DNA from: Cylindrospermopsis raciborskii Cr2010
Lineage (GTDB): Bacteria > Cyanobacteriota > Cyanobacteriia > Cyanobacteriales > Nostocaceae
NCBI RefSeq assembly: GCF_003367075.2
Contig: NZ_CP065936.1
Location: forward strand, 3,300,001 to 3,332,000
Length of the DNA: 32,000 nucleotides
Direction: 5' to 3'
A program made the translations under genes and the position numbers. Positions 22,001 to 28,362 of the stretch are shown here, piece by piece (position 1 is the stretch's first letter; every line of letters starts with the position of its first letter). Under the pieces are notes generated by a model. The model was not told where the DNA came from. It saw only the letters and a program-made list of their open reading frames with translations, and ran no database searches.

Positions 22001-25000
22001 CATCATTGGTAATTGTCCCTGTGACCCCACTGGTGGTTCCAATGGTGTAACCAGTGCCAGATGCTAGGGTGAAGATGACTGTTTCATCACTTTCCGGTGT
22101 GGTGTCAGCGGTGGGGTCAACTGTAACTGTAGCGGTGGATGATCCAGCTGCAAAAGTGACGATTGTACCAATATTATTGTAGTCACTACCGTTAGTTGCT
22201 GTTCCCCCAATGGTGTAGTTTACCGCAAGGGTGTTAGTTGTGGGACCAGTGCGGGTGAAGGTGTAGACTAGATTTGTAGTGCCATCCTCTGCAACACTGC
22301 TAGGAGAAACTGCTAGGGTGATGGAGGGGATGTCATCATTGGTAATTGTTCCTGTAGCAGTAACAGTGGTAATAGTGGCATTATTTGAGTTAGAGAGCGT
22401 AACTGTAAACCCTTCATCGGATTCAACCATGGTGTCTCCCGACACATTTACCGTGATGGTTTGACCGGTTTCGCCTGCTGCAAAATTCACTGTGCCACTT
22501 GGCAGAGTTCCACCAAAATCAGTTGCATCTGCTTGGTTAGTGCCAGACCCGGTGACTGCCCAATTAGCACTGCTAGTACCAGTAGTGTTTCCACTGCGGG
22601 TAACAGTGAAGGTAAAAGCTTTGGTTCCTGTATCTCCCTCTAGTTGAACAGCACTACTAGGAGCAATTGCCAAGGTTGTTGGTTGACTACCATCATCATC
22701 TAAAATCGTCCCTGTAGCAGTGCGAGTACCAATAGTAGCTCTTGTAGCTGTAGACAAATACACTGTAAAGGTTTCGTTGGGTTCAATGGTGCTGTCTCCT
22801 CTGACCCTCAATCTGATTTCTTTTGAGGTTTCTCCAGGTAGAAAGGTCAGAGTTTCTCCTGGTGGAATTGCTCCACCAAAATCCGTGGAGTTAACGGGGT
22901 TATCACCAGATGCAGTAACAAACCAATCTACCGTACTTATATCATTGGTATCTCCTGTTCTATTAACAGTAAATATAAATGATTTGTTACCTGAGTTACC
23001 CTCCGTTTGCATACCAGATGTACTAGTAATATCTAAAACTACATCGCTGGTCACATATTTGAAATAGCTACCATTTAGGCTGAATTGTGATGGATTGATT
23101 AAACCTTGGGTGTTTTCTAAAACAGCAATTAGTTCATCAGGTTCGCTATCAGGCTTGTTGATGTAGAGGTTAATATTATTACCTGACACTGTGGTCGTGT
23201 AATCACTACTGGAACCCAAAAGCTGAATGATATCTTCCTGGGGATTAAAGTCTTTGATGTTCAAGTAGTCAATTTCACCTGCATTGGTAAGATTATAGTC
23301 ATCATATCCAACCCAACCTGTGGCATCGCCCAGAATAAAAGTGTCCAGCCCTGCTCCCCCGGTGACCGTATCTACCGTACCTAAACCTGGTTTGGCGATA
23401 TTGGGATTGACTAATATAATCAGGTCATTGCCGTCTCCTCCTGCAATATCATCATTTCCTTCACCCCCAATTAGCTTATCATCTCCACTGTAGCCCCTTA
23501 GGTAGTCTGCATAAGCTGTCCCCGTAATCTCAAATATCTCTATATTGCTATAGTTTACCAATATCTCACGGTTCCAATTCCACAACCTAGGCAATAAAGC
23601 TTCAAAACTATCGGTATACATGTTAGTTACCCCATAGCCAGCGTAATTTAAATATCCAAAACTAGCACTGCTATAATCCGCAATTAGGGTGTCTGTACCA
23701 CCCCCACTATTAATGCTGCCATTGCTTACTAATAAATTACCAATAGCTATTATAGTATCATAACCACTGCCTAGGGTCACAGATGATATGCTCTCAAAAT
23801 TGTTAATGCGGGTGTTATTATCTCCACTTATCTGTTCTGTGGCTCTTAAATCCAATACTAAATCTACTTCTAAACTAGTTAGGTCTAGGCTTTGTAGGGT
23901 ATCACTACCCTCTCCCCCGTCAATACTGTCCCCAGCTTTAGCACTGACTACTATGTCATCCCCTGTTCCCCCGTTAATAACCTGACGACCTGTGCCACCA
24001 TCAATGGTATCGTTACCATGCCCACCCTCAATTTCATCGTCTCCCCCTTCCCCTTTCAGGATGTCGTTGCCATCTCCACCCCTGATGAGGTCATTGCCAT
24101 CTCCTCCTGCAATATCATCATTTCCCTCACCCCCAATCAGCTTGTCATCTCCACCATAGCCTCTGATATAATCGGCATAAGCTGTCCCCGTAATCTCAAA
24201 TATCTCTATATTGCTATAGTTTACCAATATCTCACGGTTCCAACCCCACAACCTAGGCAATAAAGCTTCAAAACTATCGGTATACATGTTAGTTACCCCA
24301 TAGCCAGCGTAATTTAAATATCCAAAACTAGCACTGCTATAATCCGCAATTAGGGTGTCTATACCACCCCCACTATTAATGCTGCCATTGCTTACTAATA
24401 AATTACCAGTAGCTATTATAGTATCATAACCACTGCCTAGGGTCACAGATGATATGCTCTCAAAATTGTTAATGCGGGTGTTATTATCTCCACTTATCTG
24501 TTCTGTGGCTCTTAAATCCAATACTAAATCTACTTCTAAACTAGTTAGGTCTAGGCTTTGTAGGGTATCACTACCCTCTCCCCCGTCAATACTGTCCCCA
24601 GCTTTAGCACTGACTACTATGTCATCCCCTGTTCCCCCGTTAATAACCTGACGACCTGTGCCACCATCAATGGTATCGTTACCATGCCCACCCTCAATTT
24701 CATCGTCTCCCCCTTCCCCTTTCAGGATGTCGTTGCCATCTCCACCCCTGATGAGGTCATTGCCATCTCCTCCTGCAATATCATCATTTCCCTCACCCCC
24801 AATCAGCTTGTCATCTCCACCATAGCCTCTGATATAATCGGCATAAGCTGTCCCCGTAATCTCAAATATCTCTATATTGCTATAGTTTACCAATATCTCA
24901 CGGTTCCAACCCCACAACCTAGGCAATAAAGCTTCAAAACTATCGGTATACATGTTAGTTACCCCATAGCCAGCGTAATTTAAATATCCAAAACTAGCAC

Positions 25001-26957
25001 TGCTATAATCCGCAATTAGGGTGTCTATACCACCCCCACTATTAATGCTGCCATTGCTTACTAATAAATTACCAGTAGCTATTATAGTATCATAACCACT
25101 GCCTAGGGTCACAGATGATATGCTCTCAAAATTGTTAATGCGGGTGTTATTATCTCCACTTATCTGTTCTGTGGCTCTTAAATCCAATACTAAATCTACT
25201 TCTAAACTAGTTAGGTCTAGGCTTTGTAGGGTATCACTACCCTCTCCCCCGTCAATACTGTCCCCAGCTTTAGCACTGACTACTATGTCATCCCCTGTTC
25301 CCCCGTTAATAACCTGACGACCTGTGCCACCATCAATGGTATCGTTACCATGCCCACCCTCAATTTCATCGTCTCCCCCTTCCCCTTTCAGGATGTCGTT
25401 GCCATCTCCACCCCTGATGAGGTCATTGCCATCTCCTCCTGCAATATCATCATTTCCCTCACCCCCAATCAGCTTGTCATCTCCACCATAGCCTCTGATA
25501 TAATCGGCATAAGCTGTCCCCGTAATCTCAAATATCTCTATATTGCTATAGTTTACCAATATCTCACGGTTCCAACCCCACAACCTAGGCAATAAAGCTT
25601 CAAAACTATCGGTATACATGTTAGTTACCCCATAGCCAGCGTAATTTAAATATCCAAAACTAGCACTGCTATAATCCGCAATTAGGGTGTCTATACCACC
25701 CCCACTATTAATGCTGCCATTGCTTACTAATAAATTACCAGTAGCTATTATAGTATCATAACCACTGCCTAGGGTCACAGATGATATGCTCTCAAAATTG
25801 TTAATGCGGGTGTTATTATCTCCACTTATCTGTTCTGTGGCTCTTAAATCCAATACTAAATCTACTTCTAAACTAGTTAGGTCTAGGCTTTGTAGGGTAT
25901 CACTACCCTCTCCCCCGTCAATACTGTCCCCAGCTTTAGCACTGACTACTATGTCATCCCCTGTTCCCCCGTTAATAACCTGACGACCTGTGCCACCATC
26001 AATGGTATCGTTACCATGCCCACCCTCAATTTCATCGTCTCCCCCTTCCCCTTTCAGGATGTCGTTGCCATCTCCACCCCTGATGAGGTCATTGCCATCT
26101 CCTCCTGCAATATCATCATTTCCCTCACCCCCAATCAGCTTGTCATCTCCACCATAGCCTCTGATATAATCGGCATAAGCTGTCCCCGTAATCTCAAATA
26201 TCTCTATATTGCTATAGTTTACCAATATCTCACGGTTCCAACCCAACAACCTAGGCAATAAAGCTTCAAAACTATCGGTATACATGTTAGTTACCCCATA
26301 GCCAGCGTAATTTAAATATCCAAAACTAGCACTGCTATAATCCGCAATTAGGGTGTCTATACCACCTCCACCATCATATGTATCGTTACTTACTAATGCG
26401 CTCCCTAACAATTCTAGCCTATCATTGCTGTTAGTACCAGTGAAGGTTGCTTGCTCAATTTTAATCACTTCACCACCTAGAGCTATAACAGCAGAATCAT
26501 CCTCTGCTCTTAGGTTTCTCAAACTCTCATCATCCAGAGTTTTACCCAAGACCAGGGCTGCAAAAATTTCTCCCTCATCCCCGGGGCTATCTTTGGCATT
26601 CACCTGGGCATCAATGTGATGACCATATTCTTCTAACAGCACTAGCACTAAATCAGCAAGTTTAGCAGCTACCACAAACTGCTCTGACATATATATTTTA
26701 TCTGTATCTATACTATATGCTCCTAAACTGATGCCCAGTACCTCCTGGTTGACTATCTCTACTAGCGGTAATGCTCCCTTATCTCCTAGTCTCCATTGAG
26801 TACGCAGTTCTTTTACCCGCAGCTGATTGTATGTTTGCCCAAAGGCTGTGTCAAATATTTTCCAAAAGTTGGACTGCCCGGCAAATTCTTGCAGGGTCTC
26901 AATTAGTGAGGTTAACGCATTATTTAATTTGTTCCTGACCTGATTTTGCTGACTCAT
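19008..26957 (-). CDS. RTX (hemolysin-type Ca-binding) / Calx-beta / cohesin-dockerin protein with type-I-secretion-style C-terminus, ~2,649 aa
   Basis: Long minus-strand ORF with TAG stop at 19010-19008. I prefer the ATG at 26957-26955 (MSQQNQVRNKL...) because GGGAGGA lies 7 nt upstream. The track start at 26999 is a TTG that adds MLIFCSLLAREDKK. GG.G.D nonapeptide runs, six Calx-beta domains and a C-terminal secretion-type region are listed as sub-features. Confidence 0.9.
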   Translation of the reverse strand: MSQQNQVRNKLNNALTSLIETLQEFAGQSNFWKIFDTAFGQTYNQLRVKELRTQWRLGDKGALPLVEIVNQEVLGISLGAYSIDTDKIYMSEQFVVAAKLADLVLVLLEEYGHHIDAQVNAKDSPGDEGEIFAALVLGKTLDDESLRNLRAEDDSAVIALGGEVIKIEQATFTGTNSNDRLELLGSALVSNDTYDGGGGIDTLIADYSSASFGYLNYAGYGVTNMYTDSFEALLPRLLGWNREILVNYSNIEIFEITGTAYADYIRGYGGDDKLIGGEGNDDIAGGDGNDLIRGGDGNDILKGEGGDDEIEGGHGNDTIDGGTGRQVINGGTGDDIVVSAKAGDSIDGGEGSDTLQSLDLTSLEVDLVLDLRATEQISGDNNTRINNFESISSVTLGSGYDTIIATGNLLVSNGSINSGGGIDTLIADYSSASFGYLNYAGYGVTNMYTDSFEALLPRLWGWNREILVNYSNIEIFEITGTAYADYIRGYGGDDKLIGGEGNDDIAGGDGNDLIRGGDGNDILKGEGGDDEIEGGHGNDTIDGGTGRQVINGGTGDDIVVSAKAGDSIDGGEGSDTLQSLDLTSLEVDLVLDLRATEQISGDNNTRINNFESISSVTLGSGYDTIIATGNLLVSNGSINSGGGIDTLIADYSSASFGYLNYAGYGVTNMYTDSFEALLPRLWGWNREILVNYSNIEIFEITGTAYADYIRGYGGDDKLIGGEGNDDIAGGDGNDLIRGGDGNDILKGEGGDDEIEGGHGNDTIDGGTGRQVINGGTGDDIVVSAKAGDSIDGGEGSDTLQSLDLTSLEVDLVLDLRATEQISGDNNTRINNFESISSVTLGSGYDTIIATGNLLVSNGSINSGGGIDTLIADYSSASFGYLNYAGYGVTNMYTDSFEALLPRLWGWNREILVNYSNIEIFEITGTAYADYIRGYGGDDKLIGGEGNDDIAGGDGNDLIRGGDGNDILKGEGGDDEIEGGHGNDTIDGGTGRQVINGGTGDDIVVSAKAGDSIDGGEGSDTLQSLDLTSLEVDLVLDLRATEQISGDNNTRINNFESISSVTLGSGYDTIIAIGNLLVSNGSINSGGGTDTLIADYSSASFGYLNYAGYGVTNMYTDSFEALLPRLWNWNREILVNYSNIEIFEITGTAYADYLRGYSGDDKLIGGEGNDDIAGGDGNDLIILVNPNIAKPGLGTVDTVTGGAGLDTFILGDATGWVGYDDYNLTNAGEIDYLNIKDFNPQEDIIQLLGSSSDYTTTVSGNNINLYINKPDSEPDELIAVLENTQGLINPSQFSLNGSYFKYVTSDVVLDITSTSGMQTEGNSGNKSFIFTVNRTGDTNDISTVDWFVTASGDNPVNSTDFGGAIPPGETLTFLPGETSKEIRLRVRGDSTIEPNETFTVYLSTATRATIGTRTATGTILDDDGSQPTTLAIAPSSAVQLEGDTGTKAFTFTVTRSGNTTGTSSANWAVTGSGTNQADATDFGGTLPSGTVNFAAGETGQTITVNVSGDTMVESDEGFTVTLSNSNNATITTVTATGTITNDDIPSITLAVSPSSVAEDGTTNLVYTFTRTGPTTNTLAVNYTIGGTATNGSDYNNIGTIVTFAAGSSTATVTVDPTADTTPESDETVIFTLASGTGYTIGTTSGVTGTITNDDTQVTLTVSPTSVTEDDTPNLVYTFTRTDSTTNTLAVNYTIGGTATNGSDYNNIGTIVTFAAGSSTATVTVDPTADTTPESDETVIFTLASGTGYTIGTTSGVTGTITNDDTQVTLTVSPTSVTEDGTPNLVYTFTRTGSTTNTLAVNYTIGGTATNGSDYNNIGTSVTFAAGSSTATVTVDPTADTTPESDETVIFTLASGTGYTIGTTSGVTGTITNDDTQVTLTVSPTSVTEDGTPNLVYTFTRTDSTTNTLAVNYTIGGTATNGSDYNNIGTSVTFAAGSSTATVTVDPTADTTPESDETVIFTLASGTGYTIGTTSGVTGTITNDDLGDNQQITSTSNRLRATPSATLTVPLLYNTSNSNNSLNGIGIRLHYDSSDLSYQQVTNLLSTNLFGAVSDNLDNQNFDKDNTTDRYIQIQYFATNGNWPNKSLPVKLGDFAFTTSTNFQETQLNITSVSAAPGYTLEAAPIEIYKQNWTLDVDGNYTSDALSDGIMIMRYLFGNFPGDALTRNAIAPNATRTPSEIRTYLGEAGSILDIDGDGAVRPLSDGIMAVRYLFGNFPGNALINGAISPNATRNLSQIESYLASISGTSSASPLVPQQTTFLPLFAQTFNATSSSKQIIDLTTSNSSLTPGAPVSIGVTYNVDSGDNTLTGIGIRLHYNSNQISYQGASNLLSTDLFGDVTDNLDEQDLDGDTSTNRYIQIQYADFSGNWPNQNLPVKIGDFAFNTVSSFQQSKVNVTAVDVAPGYTLEARPLTLAGDGQPKVISGTDQGDDINATRGQTTVMPGKGDDIIRVNSASVVIIELPNEGNDTVFSSINYNLASLPQIENLTLWGTEDINGIGNRKDNVITGNSGQNVLTGLQGNDTFVFNLGDSVVGKPDRIGDFQFGKDKIRVNGVSPSVLTRAGNSGASTLSSVVDSVFIDANGATSGNQGLGTNSAALVVSTAQGIGGTYLIVNDGIGGFNTATDLVINLTGYSSNLPGLGNIAVGSLFV
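19011..19715 (-). other. C-terminal RTX-like repeats plus T1SS-target-type tail
   Basis: ISGTDQGDDINATRGQTTVMPGKGDDIIRV...VITGNSGQNVLTGLQGNDTFVFNLGDSVVGKPDRIGDFQFGKDKIRVNG...GTYLIVNDGIGGFNTATDLVINLTGYSSNLPGLGNIAVGSLFV*. The G.D.F.F......D.I.DF..G.DKI block followed by an acidic/hydrophobic extreme C-terminus is typical of type I secretion substrates and of cyanobacterial Ca-binding protein tails. Confidence 0.6.
19716..20235 (-). other. Cohesin-like module B (with Ser/Thr-rich linker)
   Basis: LTPGAPVSIGVTYNVDSGDNTLTGIGIRLHYNSNQISYQGASNLLSTDLFGDVTDNLDEQDLDGDTSTNRYIQIQYADFSGNWPNQNLPVKIGDFAFNTVSSFQQSKVNVTAVDVAPGYTLEA. It is a paralogue of module A. Confidence 0.5.
20238..20570 (-). other. Dockerin-like duplicated EF-hand unit
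   Basis: LDVDGNYTSDALSDGIMIMRYLFGNFPGDALTRNAIAPNATRTPSEIRTYL and LDIDGDGAVRPLSDGIMAVRYLFGNFPGNALINGAISPNATRNLSQIESYL. These are two ~50-aa units, each with a D.DG.G....L.DG....RYLFG Ca-loop/helix. Confidence 0.55.
20572..21008 (-). other. Cohesin-like module A
   Basis: ATLTVPLLYNTSNSNNSLNGIGIRLHYDSSDLSYQQVTNLLSTNLFGAVSDNLDNQNFDKDNTTDRYIQIQYFATNGNWPNKSLPVKLGDFAFTTSTNFQETQLNITSVSAAPGYTLEA. Confidence 0.5.
21009..23052 (-). repeat. Six Calx-beta domains; the C-terminal four form a 330-bp (110-aa) tandem array
   Basis: Unit: [110 protein letters not shown]. The landmark gtaacactggtaggggaaac recurs at 21301, 21631 and 21961. Two more divergent Calx-beta domains lie at ~22336-23052. Confidence 0.85.
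23053..23421 (-). other. Post-RTX capping region
   Basis: GGAGLDTFILGDATGWVGYDDYNLTNAGEIDYLNIKDFNPQEDIIQLLGSSSDYTTTVSGNNINLYINKPDSEPDELIAVLENTQGL. This D.F.LGD....Y.....DY..I.DF....D.IQL.G...DY block commonly follows RTX repeats in cyanobacterial Ca-binding proteins. Confidence 0.5.
23422..26400 (-). repeat. ~4.5 near-identical tandem copies of a 666-bp (222-aa) unit containing RTX nonapeptide runs
   Basis: The unit contains GGGIDTLIADYSSASFGYLNYAGYGVTNMYTDSFEALLPRLWGWNREILVNYSNIEIFEITGTAYADYIRGYGGDDKLIGGEGNDDIAGGDGNDLIRGGDGNDILKGEGGDDEIEGGHGNDTIDGGTGRQVINGGTGDDIVV.... Identical antisense shadow ORFs occur at 23788/24454/25120/25786 and 24018/24684/25350/26016 (period 666). Confidence 0.9.
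26401..26957 (-). other. N-terminal ~185-aa non-repeat domain of unknown function (EEYGHHID...PGDEGE motif)
   Basis: MSQQNQVRNKLNNALTSLIETLQEFAGQSNFWKIFDTAFGQTYNQ...IYMSEQFVVAAKLADLVLVLLEEYGHHIDAQVNAKDSPGDEGEIFAALVLGK. It has no signal peptide and no TM segment. Confidence 0.4.
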
Positions 26958-26964
26958 TTTTTTA

Positions 26965-26971
26965 TCCTCCC
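26965..26971 (-). promoter_or_regulatory. Shine-Dalgarno-like site for the RTX gene
   Basis: Plus-strand tcctccc reads GGGAGGA on the minus strand, 7 nt upstream of the ATG at 26957. Confidence 0.55.
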
Positions 26972-27180
26972 TGGCTAGTAAACTGCAAAATATCAACAAT
27001 AGGTTTCTTCAACCTAACTTACGTTGGTCTTGTATTTAATTCCACCCACTTAAGTTTAGGAGAAATGCGATCGCCTGTACATGATTCCGGAAAAAGAGCG
27101 ATCGCTTGCGGTTTTGATATAGTGGAGTAAGATACCCTGTAGGATTAACGAATGCGCTCTTCCCATTTTCTATCCCTCCC

Positions 27181-28203
27181 ATGCTTTCCCCTGATCTAAA
27201 ATCTCGCCTTTCTCAACCTTTAAAAATCGGCTCCTTTGAGGTTAAAAGCCGGGTTCTACAGTCCCCCTTGTCTGGGGTGACGGATTTAGTGTTTCGTCGC
27301 TTGGTGCGTCGCTATGCGCCGGATTCCATGATGTACACTGAAATGGTTAATGCTACGGGTTTACATTATGTTAAACAACTACCCAAAATCATGGAGGTGG
27401 ACCCTAATGAGCGCCCTATTAGTATTCAGTTATTTGATTGTCGTCCTGATTTTTTAGCAGAAGCAGCAGTGAAAGCAGTAGCAGAGGGTGCAGACACTGT
27501 GGATATTAATATGGGCTGTCCGGTGAATAAAATCACTAAAAATGGTGGCGGGTCATCTTTATTACGACAACCAGAGGTAGCAGAAGCTATTGTGAGGGAA
27601 GTGGTCAAAGCGGTAAATGTCCCGGTTACGGTGAAAACTCGTATTGGCTGGAGTGATAAAGAAATTACTATTCTAGATTTTGCCAAACGGATGGAAGATG
27701 CGGGGGCAAAAATGATTACTGTCCATGGTAGAACTCGTGCCCAGGGTTATAATGGTAATGCTCGTTGGGAATGGATAGCTAAGGTTAAACAAATACTTTC
27801 TATTCCAGTGATTGCTAATGGGGATATTTTTTCTGTTGCTGCTGCTGTTAAATGTTTGGCAGAAACTGGAGCAGATGGTGTAATGTGCTCCCGTGGAACT
27901 TTGGGATACCCCTTTCTAGTAGGTGAGGTGGATCATTTTTTAAAAACTGGGGAATTATTACCTCCCCCTACTCCCACTCAACGCCTAGAATGTGCTAGAG
28001 AACATTTGTATGCTTTGTGGGAATATAAGGGCGATCGCGGGGTACGTCAAGCTCGTAAACATCTTACCTGGTATGCGAAAGATTTTATGGGAGCAGCAGA
28101 CTTACGAGGGAAGTTAAGCACTATAGAAACTGTACAACAGGGGTTAGACCTAATTGATAAAGCTATAGAAGGTCTCAGAATCCTACCGCTCATTAATGTC
28201 TAA
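27181..28203 (+). CDS. dusB: tRNA-dihydrouridine synthase (Dus family, DusB/NifR3-like)
   Basis: 340-aa ORF carrying the Dus hallmarks: SPLSGVTDLVFRRL, DINMGCPVNKI (catalytic Cys), VTVKTRIGW, ITVHGRTRAQGY, PVIANGDI and a C-terminal helical domain. The family call is firm. The A/B/C paralogue assignment is less certain. Confidence 0.88.
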   Translation: MLSPDLKSRLSQPLKIGSFEVKSRVLQSPLSGVTDLVFRRLVRRYAPDSMMYTEMVNATGLHYVKQLPKIMEVDPNERPISIQLFDCRPDFLAEAAVKAVAEGADTVDINMGCPVNKITKNGGGSSLLRQPEVAEAIVREVVKAVNVPVTVKTRIGWSDKEITILDFAKRMEDAGAKMITVHGRTRAQGYNGNARWEWIAKVKQILSIPVIANGDIFSVAAAVKCLAETGADGVMCSRGTLGYPFLVGEVDHFLKTGELLPPPTPTQRLECAREHLYALWEYKGDRGVRQARKHLTWYAKDFMGAADLRGKLSTIETVQQGLDLIDKAIEGLRILPLINV

Positions 28204-28328
28204 CCAAACCACTCAGACCTTAACAATCTGGGTAGGTGGGGTGAGCGTGCATGACTCCCCGATAAATCTGGGGTATTCTCGCGGGTTAAGATAAATTTTG
28301 AACGAATGATCGGTGGTTTAATGTAATA

Positions 28329-28351
28329 TAGCTAGATAATTGTCCTAGCTA
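28329..28351 (+). promoter_or_regulatory. Perfect 7-bp inverted repeat immediately upstream of the RND gene (operator or 5'-UTR hairpin candidate)
   Basis: tagctag (28329-28335), spacer ataattgtc, then ctagcta (28345-28351). It ends 11 nt before the ATG at 28363. Confidence 0.25.
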
Positions 28352-28362
28352 CATAACTCCTA

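Noticed and set aside
26958-26999. Track start (TTG at 26999, MLIFCSLLAREDKK...) for the RTX gene
   Set aside because: The ATG at 26957 has a GGGAGGA Shine-Dalgarno-like site 7 nt upstream, and that site lies inside the proposed extension. The extension also contains the only Cys of the whole protein.
27426-27686. Minus-strand 86-aa ORF inside dus (and the 94-aa ORF 30411-30695 inside the RND gene)
   Set aside because: Both are fully nested antisense within well-supported conserved genes and have no motifs. They are most likely chance ORFs.
28204-28362. Possible terminator or riboswitch between dus and the RND gene (GGGG...CCCC and ccccgataaatctgggg segments)
   Set aside because: Only 4-bp G/C stems with mismatched extensions and no following T-run. 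I could not fold a convincing structure by eye.
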